Of a DNA stretch of 64,000 nt, positions 50,442-59,984 are shown piece after piece. Below the pieces are notes generated by a model. The model did not search any database and was not told the origin of the DNA. It saw nothing but the letters and a program-made list of their open reading frames with translations. A program made the translations under genes and the position numbers. The first letter of the stretch is position 1, and each line of letters opens with the position of its first letter. Source of the stretch: Promethearchaeati archaeon SRVP18_Atabeyarchaeia-1 (lineage in GTDB: Archaea > Asgardarchaeota > Atabeyarchaeia > Atabeyarchaeales > Atabeyarchaeaceae); assembly GCA_037308085.1 (NCBI GenBank), contig CP147779.1:544001-608000 (forward strand). The letters run 5' to 3'.

Positions 50442-51779
50442 CTACATCGTTTTCCTGTTGTGCCCGTCTATCATGAAGACGAACCCAACTATGCCGTGAA
50501 GGTTCGGTACAATGAATTTCAGGTTTATGTAATCCCCTTTGAATGTCTGCGTCCACGTGTCGTCGTTGAACATGAGTGGCCCTTTCACGTTCCCGTCGCG
50601 CGAGTGAACTGCCGATATCAGTGGGCATAGGTTCCATCTTCCGTACTTGTCAACGGCGTAGAGCTTGACCTGGTCGATCCACGAGTGGCTGTTGTTGTAC
50701 GCTGCGCCGATCTCAGCGAGCCGTATCGAGCAAACCTGGTGGTTTAGAGCTGGCATCGTGGTCAAGGTGTGGAACACGGTTATGTCGCTTTCAGGGTTGA
50801 CCAAGTTGTGTAGGTTCAGGACGCCCTCGTTAACGAACCCTGTGCCGTCCCAGACCAAGAGGTCCGGGCAGCCGCCACCACCGCCAGGCGGAGGGGGAGG
50901 GGGAGGCGGATAAAGATCCAACGTGACCGATGTCTGCAGAGTTTCCAGGGTCTCAACATGGGTTGGATTACCATCTACATGTTCGAACTGAACCGTTGCA
51001 ACCAGTGTTATCATGTGGGGGATGTTGCCCCTCGTGAGGTACCACTCGATGTCGGCATAAGCCGAAGCTTCGTCCACGCCATAGTTAGCCATCCACCATA
51101 TGTTCCTCTCGTAACTGGCGTCGATGAATCCTGGGTTAATCCATGTAAAGTATCCTCCACTGCTAGCGAAGGGGACATCGGTGTAAGAGCCACCATCTTG
51201 GTTTGCCTGGGACATGTCGTTGCACAGCGTGGTGATGCTATATACCCATCCAAGGATCCCAATGCCGGCAAGGGATGTTATCAGGTCCACCCCAACACCC
51301 AAGGCATACGAGTTGAGGGGGTCGATAGGGTGTGTCTCAGGAATGGGTTTCAAGCCCAAAGTGTTGGTATTATGAATGTATATTCCCATGTATTGCTGGT
51401 AAGATGGGTCCTCAACGACGTCGAGCTTAACCCACCTCACGAAGTAGAACTGATTTCCGGCAGGGGGCTCGGTATCATGAAACACGTTAAGGAGGGAAAC
51501 ATCTATGCTGACTCGAAGCGGCAAAAGGTCATAGGAGTAGCCGCCATCTCCTCTATAGTCGAAATCATAGACGTAGCATGCAATCGCAACCCCGCCCATA
51601 TTCCCTTGCTTCGAGTCCCCAATTGTTTGCCGGAATTGTGTGTCTGTAGTGGGCGTATAAGTAGAGAAGACACTGGGATGCCACGTTGCCGCCGCTGGTG
51701 CCACAACACTGAAAGTAGTGAGTAGCATTACTGACATGAGGGCTATCGTAGCGAGCTTTAATGATCTCTTGTTCTCCAT
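50442..51779 (-). CDS. Secreted protein with Pro/Gly linker and conserved GGCP C-terminal domain (cassette gene)
   Basis: Signal peptide; PPPPPPPGGGGGCP.L.V..G..VNEG..IDQVKLYA. Confidence 0.8.
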   Translation of the reverse strand: MENKRSLKLATIALMSVMLLTTFSVVAPAAATWHPSVFSTYTPTTDTQFRQTIGDSKQGNMGGVAIACYVYDFDYRGDGGYSYDLLPLRVSIDVSLLNVFHDTEPPAGNQFYFVRWVKLDVVEDPSYQQYMGIYIHNTNTLGLKPIPETHPIDPLNSYALGVGVDLITSLAGIGILGWVYSITTLCNDMSQANQDGGSYTDVPFASSGGYFTWINPGFIDASYERNIWWMANYGVDEASAYADIEWYLTRGNIPHMITLVATVQFEHVDGNPTHVETLETLQTSVTLDLYPPPPPPPPGGGGGCPDLLVWDGTGFVNEGVLNLHNLVNPESDITVFHTLTTMPALNHQVCSIRLAEIGAAYNNSHSWIDQVKLYAVDKYGRWNLCPLISAVHSRDGNVKGPLMFNDDTWTQTFKGDYINLKFIVPNLHGIVGFVFMIDGHNRKTM

Positions 51780-51799
51780 TTACTCGTCTCACTTCTCTC

Positions 51800-52050
51800 T
51801 CCATGTCTTGCGTTCTCTCTCAGCCCTTCAATTAGGGCTAGGCGGTGACCGCCTCCAAGACAAGCAGCCTTGGCTTACCTGCCGTGTTTCGCATCTGAAC
51901 AACGCAAGCATCGTTGCTCTGGGTTTCCCTCAACCGACTTAGCTGAGTTGTTCCCTGAGCGCCCCTCTTGAGCGGCGAATCGTCTCGATTCTGAGACTCT
52001 AGTTGCCTATCACGGCAGGATTTGTTTCCCCGTCCCTCGATCAACTGATA
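51800..52050 (-). ncRNA. Candidate structured 5' leader RNA, copy A
   Basis: Stems conserved with covariation against 54220-54405; lies between TATA (52072-52080) and ATG 51779. Confidence 0.55.
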
Positions 52051-52164
52051 GAAATTATTCCGATGGACCTGCTATTTATAGTTAACGTTTTCTGCTGGGG
52101 GAATCGATTATCGCATTAGAAATAAAACGGCCCCCCGCGCAGCGGAACGTGCCTCGAGCAGAAC
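52009..52164 (-). promoter_or_regulatory. Cassette promoter block, copy A
   Basis: TATAAATAG on - strand; about 155-nt block homologous to 54366-54523. Confidence 0.7.
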
Positions 52165-52263
52165 AAGAAAAACCAGCAAGCCGAGGAAATCGAGCCCTTT
52201 CAAGAACCAGTAAGGGAAACAAGCCAAGTAGCGAGCTTGTGAGAAGGGAGGAGAGAAAAGCGA

Positions 52264-52363
52264 TCAGGCGGTTGCCTGCGGCGTCATAGAAGCGTACTTG
52301 TAGCGGCTGGCCCTGCGGGCAGCCTCAATCGTCTTTGGATCGCAAGGCTTCAACTCATTCTCA
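52264..52363 (-). repeat. atpB 3'-end copy R3 (100 nt including stop)
   Basis: Encodes [32 protein letters not shown]; 81/100 identical to 61055-61154 by hand count, no indels. Confidence 0.93.
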
Positions 52364-52579
52364 GAAGCGCACGGTGGGAGCAACCCGGTGAGATTATGTC
52401 CTACCTGCGTGACAATGTTTCATGGGATTCCTCGTCGTTGCATCGGGCTTGCTGATCTTGGAGCTTATTACCAATCTTCGAGTATTAGGGTCACAGGAAG
52501 ATGTTTACTGTCAGCATCTGGTGCATAATAGAAAAAGTAAGGGAGTTGGAGTAGTCTCTCGATCCCTTTAGGTGTTGGC

Positions 52580-54190
52580 TCAGAATTTCGATATCACGTT
52601 ATATCCGATTATGACGAATGTGAAGCTTACTGGGTGTATCCATGGTGGTAGCGCTAGGAATCTGAGGTCTATGCTCTGGCTGGCGCCATTGTTCCACTTT
52701 GCCCCAAACTCAGTTGCCCTCAAATTGTCGTCCAAGAGCAGCTGCGGCAACACGTTACCGACTTGTGTTTCAACCGCTGAAACCAAGGGTAGTTGAATAG
52801 TCTTGCCGTTACTCAGGGTAGCGTAGAGCTTGACTTGGTTGATGTGGCTGATCGTCTCCCAATGCTCCGTTAGTCGGAACACGTATGTGTGGTCAACAAC
52901 TGCTGGCGTGTCTGTTAGGATGTGGCTTCTTACCAAGTCCGTTCCATTGTACCCAGAGTGTATGTCCAGCAGACCTTCGTTGACGTACTGAGAACCGCTG
53001 TAGACGTAGAGGTACGGGCAGCCGCCACCCCCGCTCTTTGACCATTGTACGTACACTGTGACCGCCGAAGTGTAAACACAGTCTCCCAACTCGTCATAGA
53101 CTCTAGCTTGAATTGTGTGGGCTACCGGACTAGTAGAAAGGGACACTTCCTTGTACCATAGATGATTGTCTCCGGCTTCGAGATCTAGCCAGGTGCCACC
53201 GTCGCAACTTACTTGGACACCACTAATGAATGGATAATTGCCCTGGTATGCATACACATAAACGCCAACAGCAGCAGTGGATCCGCTGGTGTAGAAAGTC
53301 AGACCAGATGTCGGGTATTTAAGTTGAATCTGAGGCAAATCAGTTATTTTGTTGTAGTTGTATCTGATTACGTCATTTGCATCTATTGTTACATCCGCGT
53401 AGACAGGAGCAGTTCCCACCTGCTTCCCAGTTCTCGGATCAGTGATAGGTTGCGTATCGACTACGTAACTGACCCTGATCGCGTAGTGGACATACACGAG
53501 ATAGGAGCCGTCACCTCCTGTGCAACCGAATTGGAACTTGAACATCAATGAACGCTGTGTCGAGTCTGCCCCAAGAATTGCACGATTGCGATCGTAGTCT
53601 CCATACACATCGTTACCGGTGCCATGTCCAGTCGTGCAGAATGTTCCGTCGAGCTGTACATTCGGTAGCAAGGCGCTAAGACCCGTGCCAACGTGGGCAA
53701 GCAGAAATTTGGCGAGAGCGTTAAAGATGTATGTTAGTAATGGTGCAGCATCACTGCTTGCCGGAGGAGAGGTTTTGACCGAATCCGCGTAAAGGGAGAG
53801 CCAGTTCCCAGGTACCTGGTTGGACTTTGGATCAACCACATAGGCATCAATGCACAGCCTTGTTACCTCGCCCACCCCCGCATCGCATATCAGTCCGCAG
53901 ACGATGTTCTGGTACTGTTGATTGCTAGTTGCGAACTGGCTGACAAGATACTCAATTGACATACCATAGGTGATATTGAATGGCTGTGCGTGGTAGTAAA
54001 CCCCAGACGGTGGGGTAACACGGATTGTCTTCAATTGTGCGCCCGAATGGTAGATCCCATTTGGATATTGCTCTTCTGTTGCGGTGCATTGCGGAAGAGC
54101 GTAAGCGAACATCGTAAGCAACAAGAGCGCTGATACGAGCAATACAGCTCTATACTTGCGAGTGCCAATTCTGCATGTCAGATTTCTCAC
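52580..54190 (-). CDS. Secreted protein with Ig-like domain and conserved GGCP C-terminal domain (cassette gene)
   Basis: Signal peptide; GGGGCPYLYVYSG..VNEG..INQVKLYA. Confidence 0.8.
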   Translation of the reverse strand: MRNLTCRIGTRKYRAVLLVSALLLLTMFAYALPQCTATEEQYPNGIYHSGAQLKTIRVTPPSGVYYHAQPFNITYGMSIEYLVSQFATSNQQYQNIVCGLICDAGVGEVTRLCIDAYVVDPKSNQVPGNWLSLYADSVKTSPPASSDAAPLLTYIFNALAKFLLAHVGTGLSALLPNVQLDGTFCTTGHGTGNDVYGDYDRNRAILGADSTQRSLMFKFQFGCTGGDGSYLVYVHYAIRVSYVVDTQPITDPRTGKQVGTAPVYADVTIDANDVIRYNYNKITDLPQIQLKYPTSGLTFYTSGSTAAVGVYVYAYQGNYPFISGVQVSCDGGTWLDLEAGDNHLWYKEVSLSTSPVAHTIQARVYDELGDCVYTSAVTVYVQWSKSGGGGCPYLYVYSGSQYVNEGLLDIHSGYNGTDLVRSHILTDTPAVVDHTYVFRLTEHWETISHINQVKLYATLSNGKTIQLPLVSAVETQVGNVLPQLLLDDNLRATEFGAKWNNGASQSIDLRFLALPPWIHPVSFTFVIIGYNVISKF

Positions 54191-54219
54191 TATCCTTAGA
54201 CTCTTTCTTTCTCTATATT

Positions 54220-54405
54220 TCCCTGTCTTGTTCTCTTTCTGCCCCTCATATGGGGCCAGGCGGTGACCGCCTCCAAGACAAGTAGCCCTGGCTTCTTAGC
54301 CACCGTGACCCACGCCAGACCGACGTGCCCACGAATCATCATAGACCTCAATCTCCAGCCGCGAATCACGGCAGACTGCTTTTCCTCTTCCCTCAATCAA
54401 CTGAT
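54220..54405 (-). ncRNA. Candidate structured 5' leader RNA, copy B
   Basis: Same stems as copy A with compensatory and G-U changes. Confidence 0.55.
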
Positions 54406-54523
54406 TGAAATTATTCCGATGGATCTGCTATTTATAGCTGTCGCGTTCTACTGGGGGAAACGATTATCGCATTAGAAATAAACCGTCCTCCAGCGCATCG
54501 GGACTAGGGTCTCGGGCAGAACA
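54366..54523 (-). promoter_or_regulatory. Cassette promoter block, copy B
   Basis: TATAAATAG at 54428-54436 (-); homologous to 52009-52164. Confidence 0.7.
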
Positions 54524-54610
54524 CGCCGGCAGACCCGTTCGCGTTATCCTATTCTCCGGCACGCCGTCTGCAGAAGAGACTTGCAGGGTAGACAAATAGG
54601 GAAAGAAGGG

Positions 54611-54710
54611 TCACGCCGTTGCCTGCGGCGCCGTACACGCATACTTGTAGCGGCTGACCTTGCGGGCAGCCTCAATCGTCTTAGGATCACAACGCTTCAA
54701 CCCACCCTCA
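54611..54710 (-). repeat. atpB 3'-end copy R2 (100 nt including stop)
   Basis: Encodes [32 protein letters not shown]; 80/100 identical to the native end by hand count. Confidence 0.93.
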
Positions 54711-54776
54711 CTCTGGTTAAACCTGTATGACGAGAAACCGATCTGCCAAAAGAAGATCAAAAAAAGAAGAGAATTG
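54711..54776. repeat. Cassette end arm, copy 2
   Basis: Homologous to 50347-50413. Confidence 0.85.
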
Positions 54777-54800
54777 AAGAATCTATAGGTAGCGATGCAA

Positions 54801-55808
54801 TCACCAAGTGAGACCGTACGGATTGGGGACCTCCCACGGACCGGAAGTGGTGGCTGTATTTCCAGCGGAGTCGGTAACCGTGTGCGTAAGGATATAAGTA
54901 CCCGGCGCACTGTAAGTGTGATCTACTACAAAGCCTGTTGCCGTGGAGCCATCACCAAAGTCCCAAGTGCTGCTAACGTAAGGCGTGGTGCCTCCACTTG
55001 AACTGTCAGCGAATTGTAAGTAGAGCCCATTCCAGTGAACTGCGTAGAAGTTAGCCTGTAGTTGAAGATCCCCGGCGCAAGCAGGATAGAAAGTAGGCTC
55101 TGTAAATGACGGAGTCTCTAATGGTATTAAGCCGGGTTGGACTCTCCAATGCGTAGTTATTGTGATGCCGGTTGCAAATGCCTGGTACTTATGTGTTCTA
55201 ATCAATGCCGTCAGAAGCACTTGGTTCGAATTTGATTGTGCAATGTCATTCATTGAGAATGTCCATTGAATATAGCCTCCGAAATTGTCGTCACGCTGTG
55301 TCGTAATCGTAAGAGACTGCTGAGTGTAAGAAGATGTGGCGGAAAAGGTAAGTACGTCCTGACTATTTAGAGATACACCAGTGCCATATGTAAACGACGT
55401 CGTGCCTGTGCTCGGGTCTAGATAGACAGCCATGGATGAATGAGCTAGCTCAAGCCTCGTTGTAGCTCCAGTTATGTATCCAGATTCGCCTCGACTCTTG
55501 CTTGGGTTCATTACTTCCAAGATATAAATCGCGTAATAGTCATATTGCGTACTGGTAGTCGGGATGTACTTGATCATCCATTCATAGTGCAATTGACCAA
55601 CATAGTAAGTCGTTGTATACCATGGAAATATCCAGAAATAGAATTGATGTGTAACATAGTAATCCCTAATGACGGGACCAGAGCTTTGGGCGGTTGGGTT
55701 CGTCCATAGACTAAAGACGTCGTCCGAAGCACGAGCTGGTGCTGCTTGCACTGCCAGAATACTCGTCATCATTACTGCGATCACGATGAATGCAAATGCT
55801 TTTCTCAC
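54801..55808 (-). CDS. Secreted protein with C-terminal PKD domain (cassette gene)
   Basis: GTG start after purine-rich RBS gives signal peptide MRKAFAFIVIAV..; WDFGDG..HTY..PGTY PKD motif. Confidence 0.82.
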   Translation of the reverse strand: MRKAFAFIVIAVMMTSILAVQAAPARASDDVFSLWTNPTAQSSGPVIRDYYVTHQFYFWIFPWYTTTYYVGQLHYEWMIKYIPTTSTQYDYYAIYILEVMNPSKSRGESGYITGATTRLELAHSSMAVYLDPSTGTTSFTYGTGVSLNSQDVLTFSATSSYTQQSLTITTQRDDNFGGYIQWTFSMNDIAQSNSNQVLLTALIRTHKYQAFATGITITTHWRVQPGLIPLETPSFTEPTFYPACAGDLQLQANFYAVHWNGLYLQFADSSSGGTTPYVSSTWDFGDGSTATGFVVDHTYSAPGTYILTHTVTDSAGNTATTSGPWEVPNPYGLTW

Positions 55809-55971
55809 TCTCTCTCCCTCCTCTCTTGGTCCGCGCCTCCACGCGGCCATTCCTGACTACTCAGCCGCGTATATTTATGCATTTCGATAGAAAACTGTAC
55901 GGAGGTTGAGTATCCCCAGCCACGAATATGTCAGAAGCGTCAAAGTCAGGTTCGTGAAAATAGATCTACTT

Positions 55972-56082
55972 CTATTCCTCTATGTACTCGTACGCATTCA
56001 CCTTGCGGGCAGCCTCAATCGTCTTAGGATCACAGCGCTTCAACTCACCCTCAGGAAACACTGAAAGAAGATCCCAAGCCAT
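55972..56082 (-). repeat. atpB 3'-end copy R1
   Basis: Encodes [36 protein letters not shown]; homology to atpB about 55984-56076. Confidence 0.92.
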
Positions 56083-56116
56083 TGCTGGAAATAGGCAATA
56101 ATCAGGTGACAATAAC

Positions 56117-57073
56117 CTACTGCCGGTTCTCCGATGCATAATCGTGTAGTAGGTTCTCTTGAGAGTCGGACTTAGTTGACTCTCGACTAGTATTCGGCGT
56201 ATTAAGAATAATAACTTCCTTGATCGCTCCTCTCCCGTCGCCCTTGCAGCTTATCATTCTCTTTGCGAGGATTTCCTCCACCTTATACCCGCTGTAAAGA
56301 TCTGTGATAAGGGGAGCAGCGCTGTTACTTAGCATTAGGAGGCATCCCCTTTTTGCCAGCTCGTCGAAGACCTTAAAGAGGTTTCTTTGGTCATCCTCCG
56401 AGAATGAGCCGCTAGTGTAGCTCGTGAAACTGGAAGTCTTGGAAAGAGGCTGGTATGGTGGATCGAAATAGACAAAGTCTCCTACGGTCGCGTACCTCAA
56501 AACTTCATCATACGGTCTGATATTGAGCTCGACTCCCTCAAGTAACCTGCTTGCTTTGAGTAGGTTACGCTCCTGCACGATCGATGGCTTCTCATAGCTA
56601 CCCATTGGCACGTTGAACTTACCTTGGGAGTTGACACGGTACAGGCCATTGAAACACGTCTTGTTGAGATAAATGAAGTCAGCTGCATTCACTAGGTCCG
56701 GAAAGTCTTCTTTGTTGATCGACGTTCTGAAGTTCTGCCTAGTCTCATAATAGTGGCCTCTTGGATCTTTGTGATGCTCTCGCGCGTGTCTCTTGAGTTC
56801 TGAAAGCAATTTATTGACAGCGTCCCGGACAGAAACGAATCCGTTGATCAAAACGGAGTTGACATCGGTTAGAACGAAATCCCTCTTCGACGCACCCTTC
56901 TTTTCAAGAATACTCTTCAGATAAAAGAAGACTGCCCCACTTCCAAGGAAAGGTTCGAAGTATCTCTCAAAGACCTTGGGAAAGTATTTTCTGTACTCTC
57001 CTAGAAGCTGGGTCTTGCCGCCTGCCCATTTCACAAAGGTGGGAACAGATATCCTCGCGGATTTCGGGTCCAT
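56117..57073 (-). CDS. Dam/DpnM-family adenine methyltransferase (GATC type)
   Basis: KWAGGK, EPFLGSGAV, FNGLYRVN..G.FNVP.G, YFDPPY. Confidence 0.92.
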   Translation of the reverse strand: MDPKSARISVPTFVKWAGGKTQLLGEYRKYFPKVFERYFEPFLGSGAVFFYLKSILEKKGASKRDFVLTDVNSVLINGFVSVRDAVNKLLSELKRHAREHHKDPRGHYYETRQNFRTSINKEDFPDLVNAADFIYLNKTCFNGLYRVNSQGKFNVPMGSYEKPSIVQERNLLKASRLLEGVELNIRPYDEVLRYATVGDFVYFDPPYQPLSKTSSFTSYTSGSFSEDDQRNLFKVFDELAKRGCLLMLSNSAAPLITDLYSGYKVEEILAKRMISCKGDGRGAIKEVIILNTPNTSRESTKSDSQENLLHDYASENRQ

Positions 57074-57130
57074 AGGCGCTCTCCTATGAGTAAGTAGAAA
57101 TACATATTATATCTATTCCATGCTCGTTCA

Positions 57131-58027
57131 ATGAGTTTGGAGGGAGAATTGTTGGTAGACTATCGCTTGCTAGGCTTCGAAAGCGAGAATCAATACCTTG
57201 GCTATTTCTTCGAAACACTTCTCAAGACTAACTGGACCTACGAGTACTTCGTCTACTGGGAAAAAGTCAGAGAAAACACTAGGAAGAATGTGAAGGAGAT
57301 ATCTCTCCTAAATTCTCTGACGAAAATCCCGCCCAAGAACAGGAAGGAGGAACTTCAGAGGATCTTCATGGAGTACCCGAAGACGATACCAGTCATCCCC
57401 TCAATCATAGCAATAAGGGAGAAAATCATTCCCATCCTGGAAATCGAGAAAACACCTCTCTACAAGACATTTGACTTTTCTGTCAGAAGACTCGAAGAAC
57501 AAGAGATCCAAGATCTCACCGATTTCTGCGAGAAAGCGGGGATTCTCCAACTTCTTGGAGAGATCAACGATCTCTACGCATACATGCTCGGAGTAGAAGT
57601 CGGACTGGACTCAAATGCAAGAAAGAATAGAAGCGGAGACATATTCCAGCAACTAGTAGGCATGCTCCTGAAGAGAAAACTAAAGCAGGCGGATCTGAAA
57701 ATAGTGACTGAAGATTCAAGCGTAGTAACCACCAGGAGCAAGAGAGCAGACTTTGTTCTCTACCATAGAGGCAGTGCAAAGATAGTGATTGAGTGCAATT
57801 TCTACAACACCACCGGCAGCAAACCAATAGAGACAGCAAATGCCTACGTAGACTTCCAGCGAAGGATACGTGAGAAAGGAGGAACCTCCTTCATCTGGAT
57901 AACCGACGGGCCTGCATGGGAAACAATGAAACAAACCGTCATGCAAAGCTTCAGAGAAATCGATTTTCCAATGAACTACACGATCGCAGGCGACAGACTA
58001 GACAGCCTAGTATCAGCTCTCCTATAG
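57131..58027 (+). CDS. DpnII-family type II restriction endonuclease
   Basis: GVEVGLDSNARKNRSG, IECNFY..GSK, FIWITDG..W. Confidence 0.9.
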   Translation: MSLEGELLVDYRLLGFESENQYLGYFFETLLKTNWTYEYFVYWEKVRENTRKNVKEISLLNSLTKIPPKNRKEELQRIFMEYPKTIPVIPSIIAIREKIIPILEIEKTPLYKTFDFSVRRLEEQEIQDLTDFCEKAGILQLLGEINDLYAYMLGVEVGLDSNARKNRSGDIFQQLVGMLLKRKLKQADLKIVTEDSSVVTTRSKRADFVLYHRGSAKIVIECNFYNTTGSKPIETANAYVDFQRRIREKGGTSFIWITDGPAWETMKQTVMQSFREIDFPMNYTIAGDRLDSLVSALL

Positions 58028-58185
58028 GACCCGCAGACGCGTACTCGCGACTCGGCACAACAAAGAAAACCAGTAAACCTAGAAAACCGGGCTCTTGTAC
58101 TGCTTGGCTCCCTGCACCGCATCTCCCATTTTAGGGCCACGGTGATTGAACTCACCCCCACCCAAGGAGATCCCTTCTCACTCCA

Positions 58186-59727
58186 ATGCGCCAACGAGGG
58201 ATAGCGCTGCCAGAAATGTACCAGAGAGACGGAAGTAACAATGGCTTAGTGGAGACTATAAGGCGACAACCGGAACCACCAACCAGCAGGAAAACAAGGC
58301 GAGGCCAGACTATGACCGGCGGACAATCGGCTGAAAGTAGCAATGGGTCTTCTCCGCTTGAACTCAACAAGAAACCCCGAGGCTTCGCCGGCGAAAACCT
58401 AGAACAGCTTATTGATCAGGGAGTACTGCCCAAGAAGGATGAAGCAAAGCTAGGCAACAACACGGTCTTGAGACTTGACGTGAATATGGGGCTCACCATA
58501 ACCCACGAGAACATAGACTACAGGATCTCAAGCGCGAACCACAGCAAGATAGGAGACCTAGACTTCTACAGATACGCCACCCAACGCGGGGAGGAATTCC
58601 TCCACATCCCAGCCCAAGGCAAGCTTGTCCCACCCACTGAAATGACCTGGTACGCGTACCCCCCTAACACGGAAGTATATCTGGACAAGAAGTACAAGCA
58701 CAAACTGCTTGAGACTGCAGTAAAGAAGGCAGGAGGGATAGTTGCCCTTCGGCATGAACTAAAGCGAAACGGAACAAGAATGAACGCCATGTACGTCTAC
58801 AAGCAGCTGAACGATCTGAGAAAAGGTATGACTGAAGATAAGTTGATTCCAATTCTCAACTACCTAGGAAGAAACCTAGATGAGGCAAGCAACCACATCT
58901 ACGCGATAGGACACATCCAAGCAGTGAAGGACCCTCAACTACCGTTCAACTTGAGTGGAAAGGATGGTGCAAGGCTACTATCTGCCAGGTACGGAGACGG
59001 AACACTCTGTGCATCAGTAGGGAGAGGACCAAGGTTTGACTACTCTAACAATGATACAGAGATGAGAGACAGAGTAATCGAATCATTAACCAATGTGTTC
59101 GGCGAACCAAACGTACTCAACAGAGAGCACAGTGATGGCCGAGTCTCGCAGGTGCGTACATCGTCAGACATCATCGGACATGCACTGCAAAGGGCGGGAG
59201 CAATAACCGGTGAAATCGTTAACCAGAATCCTCACGTACCCACATGGATCGAACAGGGATCCATAGAAAACAAGCGCGAGTGGATAGTCCAAGCCTTTGG
59301 TGACGAAGGATTTGTGTGGGCAAACAGGGGAAAGGTCTGCATAGGAAGATCTGTCGAGTTGACAAGCGTCTTGCTAGAACACATGTCTCGACACCTTGAT
59401 CAGATGGACTGGGGGAGCAGGTATATTGACGATGTCTTTGTCGATGACGTAAGAGCATGTGATGATCTTCCAGCCGACATCACTCAGGCGATAAGAGAGC
59501 ATCCCATCAACCTGCTAGTCGAAGAGAAGAAGATGCTTGAAGATTTCGGCATAGTCACAGAAATGTATCCCTCAGAGATTCATAGAGGAAAGTATGGAGA
59601 CTATTCAGCTCATTGGACCCTGCAAGCCAAAACAAGAGAAGACACGAGACGTTTCTATGAGGAGATAGGGTTTCCCCAAGAAAGAAAGCAGGAGGACCTA
59701 AGATCGGCTATTCGGTTTGAGAGGTGA
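58186..59727 (+). CDS. Free-standing LAGLIDADG homing-endonuclease-like protein (start possibly 58312)
   Basis: Two degenerate motifs LLSARYGDG and IVQAFGDEG; C-terminal FYEEIGF..RKQE.L. Confidence 0.65.
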   Translation: MRQRGIALPEMYQRDGSNNGLVETIRRQPEPPTSRKTRRGQTMTGGQSAESSNGSSPLELNKKPRGFAGENLEQLIDQGVLPKKDEAKLGNNTVLRLDVNMGLTITHENIDYRISSANHSKIGDLDFYRYATQRGEEFLHIPAQGKLVPPTEMTWYAYPPNTEVYLDKKYKHKLLETAVKKAGGIVALRHELKRNGTRMNAMYVYKQLNDLRKGMTEDKLIPILNYLGRNLDEASNHIYAIGHIQAVKDPQLPFNLSGKDGARLLSARYGDGTLCASVGRGPRFDYSNNDTEMRDRVIESLTNVFGEPNVLNREHSDGRVSQVRTSSDIIGHALQRAGAITGEIVNQNPHVPTWIEQGSIENKREWIVQAFGDEGFVWANRGKVCIGRSVELTSVLLEHMSRHLDQMDWGSRYIDDVFVDDVRACDDLPADITQAIREHPINLLVEEKKMLEDFGIVTEMYPSEIHRGKYGDYSAHWTLQAKTREDTRRFYEEIGFPQERKQEDLRSAIRFER

Positions 59728-59984
59728 AAAGAAACACTATCAAAGAAAATCAAACAGTACTAGTTCAGCAGGCGTATGAATAGTGGAAGGCTGAATACAT
59801 CAAGGAGGAGTAACTGCTGGGATGGCCGAAGGGAAAAGGACTGTCACCAGAAGAAAGGCAACATCCCAAAATAATGACTCCTGGATGGGTGACTCAAGTA
59901 CTTGAATACGTATTCAACCTAATGAAGAAAGTTATGCTTAGGCAATAATCCCAAAAGTTTAATATCGTTTGCCAAATACTTAGC

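Noticed and set aside
50442-50870. Hint/intein autoprocessing domain (starts Cys, ends near His-Asn)
   Set aside because: Lacks Hint block A/B patterns, and the paralog has Tyr-Asn; not supportable without a profile search
51838-54396. Leader peptides 51838-52044 and 54196-54396 sharing KP.LLVLEAVTA
   Set aside because: Similarity is confined to the nucleotide-conserved hairpin, the stop is not conserved, and changes fit base pairing better than coding
54611-54910. 99-aa ORF ending in an AtpB-like tail (likewise 50118-50336 and 50353-50637)
   Set aside because: Chance read-through across the terminator/arm into the repeat, overlapping real cassette genes
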